From NCBI GenBank assembly GCA_938048735.1, contig CALIUM010000002.1:21327-85326 (forward strand): DNA of 64,000 nt. The letters are read 5' to 3'. Origin of the DNA: an uncultured archaeon. Its GTDB lineage: Archaea; Thermoproteota; Bathyarchaeia; TCS64. Made by a program: the position numbers and the translations under genes. Positions 44,782-54,123 of the stretch are shown here, one piece after another. The notes beneath the pieces were generated by a model. The model made no database searches, had not been told where the DNA came from, and saw only the letters and a program-made list of their open reading frames with translations. Every line of letters begins with the position of its first letter. Position 1 is the first letter of the stretch.

Positions 44782-45441
44782 ATGGAGGGGCTCTCTGAAA
44801 GGCTTAGGAGAGAGGCTGATCATATATGGAGGAAAATACTAGAGCACCCCTTCGTCTTGGAACTCTATAGGGGTTCTCTACCCTTGGAGAAGTTCAGGTA
44901 TTATGCCATTCAGGACTATAATTACCTTATAGGCATGATGCGGGCCTACTCCATACTGGCCTCGAAGGCTGACTACGAGTTGGCGAGGGTGGCCCTAGAG
45001 ATAGCTTATCTGGATGCGACGACGGAGATGGAGAACTACAGGAAGCTCCTAGAGAGATTAGGCCTGAAACTCGGGGAGGTGATGAGGGTCGAGCCCTCCC
45101 CCACGAACATGGCCTACATGAACTATCTGCTGGCCACTGCCGTCTTCGGCGAGCCCATAGAATGCCTGGTTGCAACACTCCCCTGCTTCTGGTCTTACCT
45201 CGAGATAGGGGAGAGGCACAGGGAACTGCTTGGGGGAAATCCGAACGAGCTCTATAGGTCATGGGCTGAGGTATACATCACCGAGGAGTACAAGGGACTA
45301 GTGAGGAGGCTGAGGGAGATAATAGACGGTTTGTGGGAGGGCGAGGACTATGATAGGTACAGGAGGATATTCAACACCAGCTCTAGGTATGAGTGGATGT
45401 TCTGGGAGATGGCCTACAAACTGGAAAGCTGGCCCATATAG
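44782..45441 (+). CDS. tenA: thiaminase II / aminopyrimidine aminohydrolase
   Basis: 219 aa. …WRKILEHPFVLELYRGSLPLEKFRYYAIQDYNYL…LPCFWSY…YEWMFWEMAY…. Confidence 0.88.
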   Translation: MEGLSERLRREADHIWRKILEHPFVLELYRGSLPLEKFRYYAIQDYNYLIGMMRAYSILASKADYELARVALEIAYLDATTEMENYRKLLERLGLKLGEVMRVEPSPTNMAYMNYLLATAVFGEPIECLVATLPCFWSYLEIGERHRELLGGNPNELYRSWAEVYITEEYKGLVRRLREIIDGLWEGEDYDRYRRIFNTSSRYEWMFWEMAYKLESWPI

Positions 45442-45696
45442 CAGACCCTGATCGCCTTGAAATGATCATAATACGCTTTATTGGAATTAATGTAGTTTTA
45501 TATTGATCTAGATTTTTGATCATATTTAGAGCTGTTGAATAAAAAAATAGCCTTACTTCGAGGATTCAATTATGTAAGTCTCCATTTTTATCTTATATCT
45601 GGAGGCCTCTTTAGGAGGCTGGTTACTCTGGTTCATCTTCATGAAGGATATAAGGTTCCTAGGGGATTATCCATCGGGTAACTGGGAGAGGGAGGG

Positions 45697-46548
45697 TTGT
45701 CGGAGGAGCAGGTGGACCTAGTGCTTTCGGCCATCAATCATCCCATACGGCGTGGCATAGTTCGCTACCTAGCCGAGTCAGGGCCTCAGTCTTACACCTC
45801 CCTCTTGGAGAGGTTCAGGCTCCAAACCGGAACCTTGAACCATCACCTGAGGATGCTGGAGCCCCTCCTAGAGCAGGATGGGGATAAGAGGTACCATCTG
45901 AACAGGGAGGGGGAGATCGCCTATCAGACCATGAAGCATATGGAGGCCCTGCTATCCAGGCCCAGGCTTCCAGCCCTGAGGAGGAGGTCGGTGACCCCAA
46001 TAGTTAGGGGCTTGCCCCTCAGCCTCTTCAGGCTCCTGCTCCACCCTTCACAGGCCTTCATGGAGGCCCAGGATAGGCTCGGCTCATATCTTCTATGCGG
46101 CCTCCTAACCCTAGCCCTTTACATGGCTTCGACTCCCATTTCAGGCTTCCCTGCGGTTCTCAGATCCCTGGCTGGTGTCCTCGGAATGCTCATCTTCAGC
46201 TACATCTTTCCAAGAGCGGTCTATAATAAGAGCCCTAGATTCTCCCGTCTCTTGGCCTCTATAAGCATGAGCTACCTCCCCCTACTGGTCTTCAACCTCC
46301 TGATAATGTTCTCCTTCTTCGAGTTCATAGCCTCCATCTCCTCCCCCCTCATGTTGGAGGATCCCGGGTATGCCGCTCTGATACAGGTCTATGCAGCCCT
46401 CTTCATCTGGCGGTTCGCCCTCCTCTTCCTAGCCTTCAGGTCTTCATGCAAGCTCTCCTCTGGTCAGTCCGTGGGTGCGGTCTTCGCCTTCTCCGTGATG
46501 GAGAGTGCTCTCGCATTGATTCTAGAGCACCTCTTCAGGTCATCCTAA
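45697..46548 (+). CDS. ArsR-like wHTH domain fused to a multi-TM (Yip1-like) membrane domain
   Basis: 283 aa. The N-terminus …LSAINHPIRRGIVRYLAESGPQSYTSLLERFRLQTGTLNHHLRMLEPLL…YHLNREGE is followed by about 5 hydrophobic helices. Confidence 0.65.
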   Translation: MSEEQVDLVLSAINHPIRRGIVRYLAESGPQSYTSLLERFRLQTGTLNHHLRMLEPLLEQDGDKRYHLNREGEIAYQTMKHMEALLSRPRLPALRRRSVTPIVRGLPLSLFRLLLHPSQAFMEAQDRLGSYLLCGLLTLALYMASTPISGFPAVLRSLAGVLGMLIFSYIFPRAVYNKSPRFSRLLASISMSYLPLLVFNLLIMFSFFEFIASISSPLMLEDPGYAALIQVYAALFIWRFALLFLAFRSSCKLSSGQSVGAVFAFSVMESALALILEHLFRSS

Positions 46549-46633
46549 CCATTGAAAGCCTCCTCGACAAGGGTTTCCTCGTCAAGAAGGTTAATACACC
46601 AGCTCAGACCACGGTGCTAGCGGAGGGGAAGAG

Positions 46634-47086
46634 ATGAAGAGGTCTCTCGCCTTAGGTCTAATCGTCCTCGCTGCCATGAGCGCCCTGGTCATCCCGACAT
46701 ACGCATACTTCAGCTCCTTTAACAGGTACATAATAGCCCAAGAACAGGAGAAGCCCTACTTAGGATTAAGGCCTCGGGGTTGGCCTCCTAGATGCCTGGC
46801 AAGATTGGAGGTCAGCGACGATTTCAAGGAGAAGGCCCTGAGTATAGCGACGGGGGACAATAATGTCAATAGGCTGCTCGAGGAGGGCTATAATGTGACG
46901 ATTGTCAAACCCATCATAAAGGCGGTGGTTCAGGGCAATGGGGAGGTAATATTGAGGGCCACAGGGGCCCTGCTGGTGCTTAGGAAGAACACCTCCGGGC
47001 TGGCAAATGTCGAGGTGGACATCGAGGCCGGAAAGGTGGCCAGGATAACCATCCTCAGCAGAACCGTGATACAGAAGAGCTCATAA
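46634..47086 (+). CDS. secreted or membrane-anchored hypothetical protein
   Basis: 150 aa with an N-terminal signal/anchor MKRSLALGLIVLAAMSALVIPTYA. I do not recognise a family. Confidence 0.55.
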   Translation: MKRSLALGLIVLAAMSALVIPTYAYFSSFNRYIIAQEQEKPYLGLRPRGWPPRCLARLEVSDDFKEKALSIATGDNNVNRLLEEGYNVTIVKPIIKAVVQGNGEVILRATGALLVLRKNTSGLANVEVDIEAGKVARITILSRTVIQKSS

Positions 47087-47119
47087 ACCCCCTTTTTATG
47101 CGATGCGAAGGATTGAAGG

Positions 47120-47677
47120 ATGGAAGGAATGGAGGAGAGGAAGAGGCTCTACCTGGCAAGCTGGGGGGAGAGGCTGGTGGCCTGGCTCGTGGACGTGATA
47201 GTCATAGGAGGCATCTCCATGATCCTCCTGCTCTTCCTTAGGAGGTTCCTCCCCTTGGCCTGGCTGGAGAGGCCTCAGCTCTTCTGGTGGCCTAGGAGGA
47301 TGCCCTCCCCTCCCTATCCACCCCTCTTCCTCCTCGTCCCATTCATACTCATAACACCCTGGTTCACCGGGGTTGGAGCAGCCTCGATCCTCTTCATCTA
47401 CTGGACCCTGTGCGAGGGGCTAGGGGGGCAATCGCTAGGGAAGATGTTGATGGGGCTGAGGGTGGCCAACCTAGAAGGGGGCGAGGCTGGCCTAGCAAGG
47501 GCCCTAGTTGAGAGCCTTGGAAAGGCCTTCCTCCTCCCCCTCGACATGGTGATAGGCCTGATCATCCCGGAGGGGGTTGAGAGGAGGCAGAGGCTCTTCA
47601 ACTACCTGAGCTCCACAATAGTGATCAGGATCAGGGAGAGGCCTCCCCCCTCAAAAGTCGAGTATGTGAAGACATGA
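47120..47677 (+). CDS. RDD-family membrane protein
   Basis: 185 aa. …ASWGERLVAWLVDVIVIGG… plus additional TM helices, the usual RDD-domain layout. Confidence 0.65.
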   Translation: MEGMEERKRLYLASWGERLVAWLVDVIVIGGISMILLLFLRRFLPLAWLERPQLFWWPRRMPSPPYPPLFLLVPFILITPWFTGVGAASILFIYWTLCEGLGGQSLGKMLMGLRVANLEGGEAGLARALVESLGKAFLLPLDMVIGLIIPEGVERRQRLFNYLSSTIVIRIRERPPPSKVEYVKT

Positions 47678-47732
47678 TGAAGGTGAAAAATTTGAAACCT
47701 CTCAAAAAACTAACAGGGGGAGATAGAGGTTG

Positions 47733-50246
47733 ATGGCCTCGCCTGATGTGAAGATCTGGGACCCTGATGGAGGGTTAGGCCCTAGATCCCCGAGGAGGAT
47801 TTGGGCGATAGGTCTCGGAGCCCTTATCCTTCTGGGTATCATCTCCGTAGGCTTTACCCCGTCTCCAGTCGAGGCCCAAGCCGTCAACTACTTCTCGATC
47901 CTAAGGGCTTACTGGGGCCTGGACCAGCCCATAGAGGTCTCGAGGGGGGACACGGCCAGCTTGAGCCTTCTCCTGAGATATGGATACCAGTACTCCATAA
48001 AGGGTTTAGAGGCTGAACTGGTTCTACCAGAGGGGTTCACGGCTGTGGGCGGGGGTAGGAGGGCCATGGCCCACTACACGGGCTCCATATCCCCAGGCTC
48101 GATAATAAAACTGGATTTCCCCATATTCATATCTGGAGCAGGGAAGGGGGGTTATACAGCATATCTGCAACTCAGCTACGACATCCCAGAACTAGCCAGA
48201 ACCAGGAACGAGGTCTTGGAGGTCTACTATGAGGTGACGGGGAAGCCCAGCATCAGGATAACCTCCCTGGACTCCTCCCTCAAGGAGGGGTTCCAAGAGA
48301 CGAAGATCCTTCTCCAGAACGATGGAGACGCGGTGGCGGAGAGCCTGAGGGTGGTCAAGGTCTACTCCTCCTCAGCCCCCGTGGAGATGTTGGGATCCTC
48401 CAACTTAGGTAGGCTTGAGCCCGGAGGGAGGGCCACACTCCCCATAGAGGTCTACATACCCTCATCCCTTAAGGGAGGTCTCCTGACCCTCAGTGTCGAG
48501 GCTAGCTGCAACGGGCCGAGCGGGGTGAGCTACACCTTCTCCCGTTCCCTCCTCATCCCCGTGGAGACCGGCAAATCCCTCGTTGTCGGGAGGGTCATAG
48601 ACGAGGATGAGAAGCCGATCGGAGATGTACTCGTGGAGATCTACTCTTCAGATGGGGCCTACATAGGCAGGGTACAAGATTTGGGATACATATCTCCCGA
48701 TGGAAGGTTCTCAGCCAGCCTAACCCTGGGGAGCTATAGCATCCAGTTCTCGAAGGAGGGATACTCGAAGGTCACTAAGAACATCTCCCTAAAGTCGGCG
48801 GGGGAGATAATCAACCTCGGGGATATAGAGATCTCGAGGTCCATAAGGCTCTCAACCACTACACTAAGCCTTTCAGCGAGCGCCGGGGATAGGCTTCTCT
48901 TCCCATTCACTGTTAGAAACTTGGGAGAGAAAGCCGAGACCCTAGACCTGAACGCATCCTGCCCGGAGGGTTGGCAGGTCAGGATCATGGGGCAGGAGGG
49001 GAAGGGGGTGAGCAGGGTGGAGCTACCATCAGGCTCCAGCCTAACCCTCCAGGCGGAGGTCACGGTGCCGGCAACGGCAAGAGGGTTCAACAACCTGACT
49101 TTAATGGCCTTAGGAAAGATAGCCTCCTCACTCACCCTAACGGTTAATGTGGAGTCGATAAGCGAACTCATAGCATCATGCCAGCTCCCTGGAAAGGTAT
49201 CCTCAGTCGGCGATGTCGTCAGGTTCCAGGTCAACCTGAAGAACCCCCTCGGGGCTAGGGCTACATTCAGGGTCTATGTGGACTCGGTGCCTCCGAACTG
49301 GTCGGCTTCGGTTAGGAGCCCTACAGGGGAGCACCTGACACAGGTGTCGCTGGAGGCTAACCAGGCATTAGAACTCATCGTCGAGGTCACATCCCCCGCA
49401 TCCGCTAAGATGGGCGAGGAATACAGCCTGATTTTCAGGGCGGAGTCAAAAGAGGGGAATCTAAAAGGAAGCGTACCTCTCCATATCACCCTCACCCAGG
49501 TTGAGGAGGACGTGAAGTTCTACGTCAAATCTCCAGAGGTGACCGTGGAGGCTGGAAAGACCATAAAGTATCCAATAACCATAATAAACTCAGGTGGGGT
49601 CGACAGGCTTCTATCCTTCAACGTGGAGCCCCCGAGCGACTGGAAGGTCGTCTTCAAGTACGGCGATCTGGAGGTCACAGGCCTCTACCTGGGGTCCAAG
49701 AGCTCGGAGACCCTGATCATAGAGGCCTCCCCCCCGAGCACGGTCAACGTTGGGGAGTATGCGATCCCGGTAAGGGTCATATCTGAGAGGGGGGTCAAGT
49801 ACGCAGAGATAGGGCTGAAGGCCACCATCGTGGGCTCCTACTCCCTTGGGGTGGAGGCATCAACCCTCCTGACCAGTGTCCAGGTCGGAGGTTCAACCAC
49901 CCTCAGGGCGACTGTGACGAACAAGGGCTATACGACCCTGACAGGACTCAGGCTAAGCGTCGAGATCCCAAGCGGGTGGGAGGTCTCGGTCACACCCACC
50001 ATGTTGGAGGCGCTGAGGCCGAGGGAGTCATACTCCTTCAACATAGTCTTGAAGACGGCGGGGGACACCGTGGCAGGGGATTATATGGTCACCCTTAAGG
50101 GGCTGAGCGACCAGGCCTCATCCGACCCCGTCCAGGTGAGGGTCACGGCCACTGTACCAACCTCCTGGGGGCTTATAGGGGTGGGGGTGGCCGCCTTCAT
50201 GGTCATCCTGCTATTCCTTGCCTTCAGGAGGTTTAGGAGGAGGTAA
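47733..50246 (+). CDS. large cell-surface protein with repeated NEW3/CARDB-like beta-sandwich modules, a carboxypeptidase-regulatory-like domain and a C-terminal TM anchor (COG1470-like)
   Basis: About 837 aa. N-terminal signal/TM. At least four modules share the pattern ..G....f.v.v.N.G.....l.l....P.GW.v…G.Y.i.v (for example CPEGWQVRI, PPNWSASV, PSDWKVVF, PSGWEVSV). VVGRVIDEDEKPIGDVLVEIYSSDG resembles a CarboxypepD_reg domain. It ends …GVAAFMVILLFLAFRRFRRR. Confidence 0.7.
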   Translation: MASPDVKIWDPDGGLGPRSPRRIWAIGLGALILLGIISVGFTPSPVEAQAVNYFSILRAYWGLDQPIEVSRGDTASLSLLLRYGYQYSIKGLEAELVLPEGFTAVGGGRRAMAHYTGSISPGSIIKLDFPIFISGAGKGGYTAYLQLSYDIPELARTRNEVLEVYYEVTGKPSIRITSLDSSLKEGFQETKILLQNDGDAVAESLRVVKVYSSSAPVEMLGSSNLGRLEPGGRATLPIEVYIPSSLKGGLLTLSVEASCNGPSGVSYTFSRSLLIPVETGKSLVVGRVIDEDEKPIGDVLVEIYSSDGAYIGRVQDLGYISPDGRFSASLTLGSYSIQFSKEGYSKVTKNISLKSAGEIINLGDIEISRSIRLSTTTLSLSASAGDRLLFPFTVRNLGEKAETLDLNASCPEGWQVRIMGQEGKGVSRVELPSGSSLTLQAEVTVPATARGFNNLTLMALGKIASSLTLTVNVESISELIASCQLPGKVSSVGDVVRFQVNLKNPLGARATFRVYVDSVPPNWSASVRSPTGEHLTQVSLEANQALELIVEVTSPASAKMGEEYSLIFRAESKEGNLKGSVPLHITLTQVEEDVKFYVKSPEVTVEAGKTIKYPITIINSGGVDRLLSFNVEPPSDWKVVFKYGDLEVTGLYLGSKSSETLIIEASPPSTVNVGEYAIPVRVISERGVKYAEIGLKATIVGSYSLGVEASTLLTSVQVGGSTTLRATVTNKGYTTLTGLRLSVEIPSGWEVSVTPTMLEALRPRESYSFNIVLKTAGDTVAGDYMVTLKGLSDQASSDPVQVRVTATVPTSWGLIGVGVAAFMVILLFLAFRRFRRR

Positions 50247-50249
50247 GCC

Positions 50250-51185
50250 ATGCCCCAGCCCATAGTGGAGACGCGGGAGCTTACCAAGTATTACGGAGAG
50301 GTCAAAGCAGTGGACCACCTAAACCTGACCGTATACGAGGGGGAGTTGTTCGGATTCTTGGGCCCGAATGGGTCGGGGAAGACCACCACCCTCCTCATGC
50401 TCATGGGCCTGACGATCCCCACCTCAGGGACCGCCACAGTAGCCGGGTACGATATCGTGAAGGAGTCCAAGGAGATCAGGAGGGTGGCCGGGCTTCTGCC
50501 TGAGGGAGCGGGATACTACGAGGACCTGACCGCGAGGCAGAACATGGATTATATAGGCCAGCTCAACGGCATCCCCAAGCCTGAGAGGGAGAAGAGGATT
50601 AAGGAGCTGCTCGAGGCTGTGGGCCTCGAGAGGTGGGCGGATACGAGGGTGGAGAAGTTCTCAAGGGGGATGAAGCAGCGCCTAGGCATAGCCGAGGTAT
50701 TGATCAAGAGGCCCAAGATAGCCTTCTTCGACGAGCCGACGATAGGCCTAGACCCGCAGGGGGTGAAGGAGATCAGGGACATAATACTCAGGCTGAACAG
50801 GGAGGAGGGGCTGACGGTCTTCTACTCATCCCACCTACTCTACGAGGTCCAGCAGACCTGTAGGAGGGTGGGCTTCATAAGAAATGGGAGGCTCATAGCC
50901 ACCGACACTATAGAGAACCTCTCTAAGAAGGTGGCCGGAGCGGAGGGGAAGACCCTTGAATTCGAGCTGACAGAGATAACCCCTAAGCTGGTGGCGGAGA
51001 TAAGGGCCATAGACGGCGTTGCCTCAGTTGAGCAGGAGGGTCTCAGGCTCTATGTCTACATGGAGAGGGACAGGTCAAGGGAGGTCTCGGAGACCATAAC
51101 GAAGCATGGTTCGGTGATCCTCCTCATGAGGCCGAGGGAGTACAGCCTTGAGGATATATTCCTAAAGTACTATGAGGAGGTTTGA
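50250..51185 (+). CDS. ABC transporter ATP-binding protein (ABC-2/CcmA-type exporter)
   Basis: 311 aa. GPNGSGKTT, LSRGMKQRLGIA, IAFFDEPTIGLDP. Confidence 0.9.
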   Translation: MPQPIVETRELTKYYGEVKAVDHLNLTVYEGELFGFLGPNGSGKTTTLLMLMGLTIPTSGTATVAGYDIVKESKEIRRVAGLLPEGAGYYEDLTARQNMDYIGQLNGIPKPEREKRIKELLEAVGLERWADTRVEKFSRGMKQRLGIAEVLIKRPKIAFFDEPTIGLDPQGVKEIRDIILRLNREEGLTVFYSSHLLYEVQQTCRRVGFIRNGRLIATDTIENLSKKVAGAEGKTLEFELTEITPKLVAEIRAIDGVASVEQEGLRLYVYMERDRSREVSETITKHGSVILLMRPREYSLEDIFLKYYEEV

Positions 51186-51189
51186 GAGG

Positions 51190-52146
51190 ATGGGCGTCAC
51201 GATAGTCTTCAGGAAGGAGCTCGCGGACCACCTTGGGAGCAGGCGCTACCTGGTCCTGTTCGCCCTCATACTCCTCCTCTCCACGATGTCCGCCTATCAG
51301 GGGGTGCTCTATATAAGAGACCGTCCCCAGGCGGGCTTCATGGCCATATTCTGGGGGGCCCAGTTCGGCTTCTCCTTCACATACCTGATGGTCTTCTTCG
51401 GGCCTATAATAGGACTGGCCCTTGGATTCGACGCGGTGAACAAGGAGAGGACAAGTGGAAGCCTATCGGTTCTACTATCCCAGCCCATCTATAGGGACGC
51501 CGTCATAAACGGGAAGTTCCTTGCGGGGGTCACGGCCCTCTCCATCCTAGGAGTGAGCACCATCACCATAATGAGCAGCCTCGCGACAACCCTACTGGGA
51601 TTCGGCCCTGGAGCCGAGGACCTGCTGAGGATAACGCTCATCGCAGCCCTCACCATCCTCTACCTCGCCTTCTGGCTCGGCCTAGGCCTCCTCTTCTCGA
51701 CGGTGACGAAGAAGACCTCAACCTCTATACTCATGTCCATAGCCACCTGGCTCCTCTGCTCCATCATGATCTCCATAATTGCGGCCCTAGTAGCCAACAT
51801 GATCGCGCCCATCCCCATGCCGAGCGGACCCGGAGCCAACATGACAAGGCTCTTCGAGTCCCCCGAGTACCGGGAGCTTATCCAGAGGAGGTTCACCATT
51901 CAATCAAACATCCAGAGGATCTCCCCCGCATACCTATACAACGAGGCCGTCCAGGCGATCATGGGAAGAGCGGGAGGCTTCTTCTTCATAGGGCCAGGGG
52001 GAGGCTCCCCCTTCAGGTCGCTAGATATATCCCAGGCCCTTACGATGAGCTGGCCCCAGATAACCGCCATAGCCGTTGGACTAGTCGCCTGCTTCGCCGC
52101 ATCATACATCCTATTCCTACGCCTAGAGATAAGGCCAGGAGGCTGA
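51190..52146 (+). CDS. ABC-2-type permease
   Basis: Start at ATG 51190, with GAGGAGGT 10 nt upstream; the tracked ATG is 51172. About 6 TM helices, in an operon with the ATPase. Confidence 0.75.
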   Translation: MGVTIVFRKELADHLGSRRYLVLFALILLLSTMSAYQGVLYIRDRPQAGFMAIFWGAQFGFSFTYLMVFFGPIIGLALGFDAVNKERTSGSLSVLLSQPIYRDAVINGKFLAGVTALSILGVSTITIMSSLATTLLGFGPGAEDLLRITLIAALTILYLAFWLGLGLLFSTVTKKTSTSILMSIATWLLCSIMISIIAALVANMIAPIPMPSGPGANMTRLFESPEYRELIQRRFTIQSNIQRISPAYLYNEAVQAIMGRAGGFFFIGPGGGSPFRSLDISQALTMSWPQITAIAVGLVACFAASYILFLRLEIRPGG

Positions 52147-52534
52147 TTAGAACAGCGTAGAAACCAGATTATTCAGAGAACCCGATTTTGCCAAGCATAT
52201 TCAAGATTCCCCTCCCATTCCTGGGAAACTCCCACATGTTCAGTCTAGCCAAAAATATACAGGGTTTTGATGCTTAGCAATGCGGCGTTTAGGACGATGA
52301 AAATGCCTGATATGAGGATGGGATGAAGCCTGCGACAGGTTTACCGGTTATAGACATCGCGCAAACCCTAATGCTCAATGCTTTTCAAGCCATATTATAG
52401 GCCAGATCCAGAATAGCGGCGAAGATAAGTGGGGACAAGGACCGCAACATGCCTGGATAACATGGGTCTGGCGCTCCAATGTTGAAGGTGGAGCCGCAGC
52501 TTTGCACCTTATCGTATGATGGCCATGAATCCCT

Positions 52535-52696
52535 CTAGGGACCTACAAAGCCGCATTTAGGGCATTTATACTCTCTCCCGAAGATCCGACACTTCTCGCA
52601 TCTCCAGATGGTAATCTGGCCACAGTTCGGGCACTCGAACTTCGCCCACTTCTCATCCGGAGTTATCTTTGCTCCACAACCCAGGCATGTCGGCAT
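52535..52696 (-). CDS. Zn-ribbon protein of the COG2888 type (four CxxC; predicted RNA-binding, translation-associated)
   Basis: Untracked 53-aa ORF MPTCLGCGAKITPDEKWAKFECPNCGQITIWRCEKCRIFGREYKCPKCGFVGP*. The tracked antisense ORF 52608-52853 is spurious. Confidence 0.75.
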   Translation of the reverse strand: MPTCLGCGAKITPDEKWAKFECPNCGQITIWRCEKCRIFGREYKCPKCGFVGP

Positions 52697-52731
52697 CGCG
52701 GGTCAGCTTCCTAAAATGCCTTTTGAGGCGA

Positions 52732-52739
52732 TATTTAAA
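52732..52739 (-). promoter_or_regulatory. canonical archaeal TATA box (TTTAAATA on the minus strand) upstream of the Zn-ribbon gene
   Basis: Lies 36-43 nt upstream of the ATG at 52696. Confidence 0.45.
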
Positions 52740-52870
52740 GATAAGGGTTTTCCCTTCGATGCTGCGGTTTACCCTTCATCTTCCCCAGTGTATGTGGGCG
52801 CCTTGAATCGTCACGGGTTTTTGGGTTTTGTTCTTGGGGGCTTCTACATCTAGGTTCAGGAAGCCTCCAA

Positions 52871-54118
52871 TTATGACTCATCTCCTTTGAGATTGATTTT
52901 AAAATTTAGTCTTCTCATGATCTCTTCTGCTACCAGGCTGCCCAGGCTCTTCAGGAGGATCTTCGTGATCCTCGGTTCCCTCAATATTTGGCCGATAAAT
53001 CCACTCTGCATGTCCATGTCGGCCTCTTTTAGTTGGCTCAATAAAATGTCCATGATCCAACCTTCTTCCTTTACCGTTCTGAATATCCTGTCTATCTGCT
53101 GGTCGGATAGCCTTTCGAAGGCTCTCCTTGTGGCCAGCATTTGGGAGAACTCCCTCCCCAGGATCTTCCTCCAGGATTCCTGGTACCCTCTAAGGAGGCT
53201 CGAACTCGGGTCTCCTCTCATCAGTGCCTCGGCCGCTGTTCTTCCGGCTTCTATGGCGCAGATCCCTCCGAGGATTACCCCCCCTCCTGTTGTGGGCTTT
53301 GTCTGGCCTGCCGCGTCTCCCACGAGGATTATCCCGTCCCCATAGGTTCTCTTGATGGGGCCCTTGATGAATAGGTTTCCCCCCCTTATGGGGCCCATCC
53401 TCCCGCCCTTGAAGCGCCTCTCCACAAACCTCTCAAGCCTCCTTGGGGCGTCTCCGGTTTTGCAGGCTAGGCCGCATCTGGCCTCCCCGCTCCCGAGGGG
53501 GATCACCCATGCGAAGAACCCTGGGGCTATCGAGCCTCCGAGCCAGACCTCAACCATCTCCGGGTCCACGTCGACCCCGGATACCTCCACATTCACTCCG
53601 GTTAGGGCTCCATCTCCTGCCCTAACTAGTCCCAGTTGCCGAGCTAGGGTCCTCGCCCCCCCCTCCGCGTCTATGGTTACTCCAGCCATGAACTCCCAGC
53701 CCCTCCCTCTGGCCCCCTCGACCTTCCCGCCTTTGAGGATCAGCTCCCTGGCCCTAAGCCCCTCCTTTATCTCCACGCCTGCTTCCATGGCCTGCTCCGC
53801 CAATCGTCGGTCGAAGGCTGCCCTATCAACCACATAGGCCCTATCTCTCGTATCCTTGAATTCTATGATCATGCCTCCTGGGGAGATGACTCTCCCTCCC
53901 TTAACCCTGTTATGTATGAAGCTGGGGGAGGGCTCCACGCCTATCCTTTTGAGCCCCTCTATGCTGAGGAGGCCTGCGCAGTGGTTCGGCTCCCCTATCT
54001 CAGGGTGCTCCTCTATGACTGTGACTTCGAGCCCCCTCTTGGCCATCTCCCTGGCTGCTAGGAGGCCCGCTGGCCCTCCCCCTATGACGAGGGCCTCCCC
54101 CCTTTCAAGAGTCGTCAT
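52871..54118 (-). CDS. geranylgeranyl reductase family flavoprotein (archaeal lipid saturation)
   Basis: 415 aa. …ALVIGGGPAGLLAAREMAKRGLEVTVIEEHPEIGEPNHCAGLLS…VGDAAGQTKPTTGGGV…. Confidence 0.85.
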   Translation of the reverse strand: MTTLERGEALVIGGGPAGLLAAREMAKRGLEVTVIEEHPEIGEPNHCAGLLSIEGLKRIGVEPSPSFIHNRVKGGRVISPGGMIIEFKDTRDRAYVVDRAAFDRRLAEQAMEAGVEIKEGLRARELILKGGKVEGARGRGWEFMAGVTIDAEGGARTLARQLGLVRAGDGALTGVNVEVSGVDVDPEMVEVWLGGSIAPGFFAWVIPLGSGEARCGLACKTGDAPRRLERFVERRFKGGRMGPIRGGNLFIKGPIKRTYGDGIILVGDAAGQTKPTTGGGVILGGICAIEAGRTAAEALMRGDPSSSLLRGYQESWRKILGREFSQMLATRRAFERLSDQQIDRIFRTVKEEGWIMDILLSQLKEADMDMQSGFIGQILREPRITKILLKSLGSLVAEEIMRRLNFKINLKGDES

Positions 54119-54123
54119 CGGGG

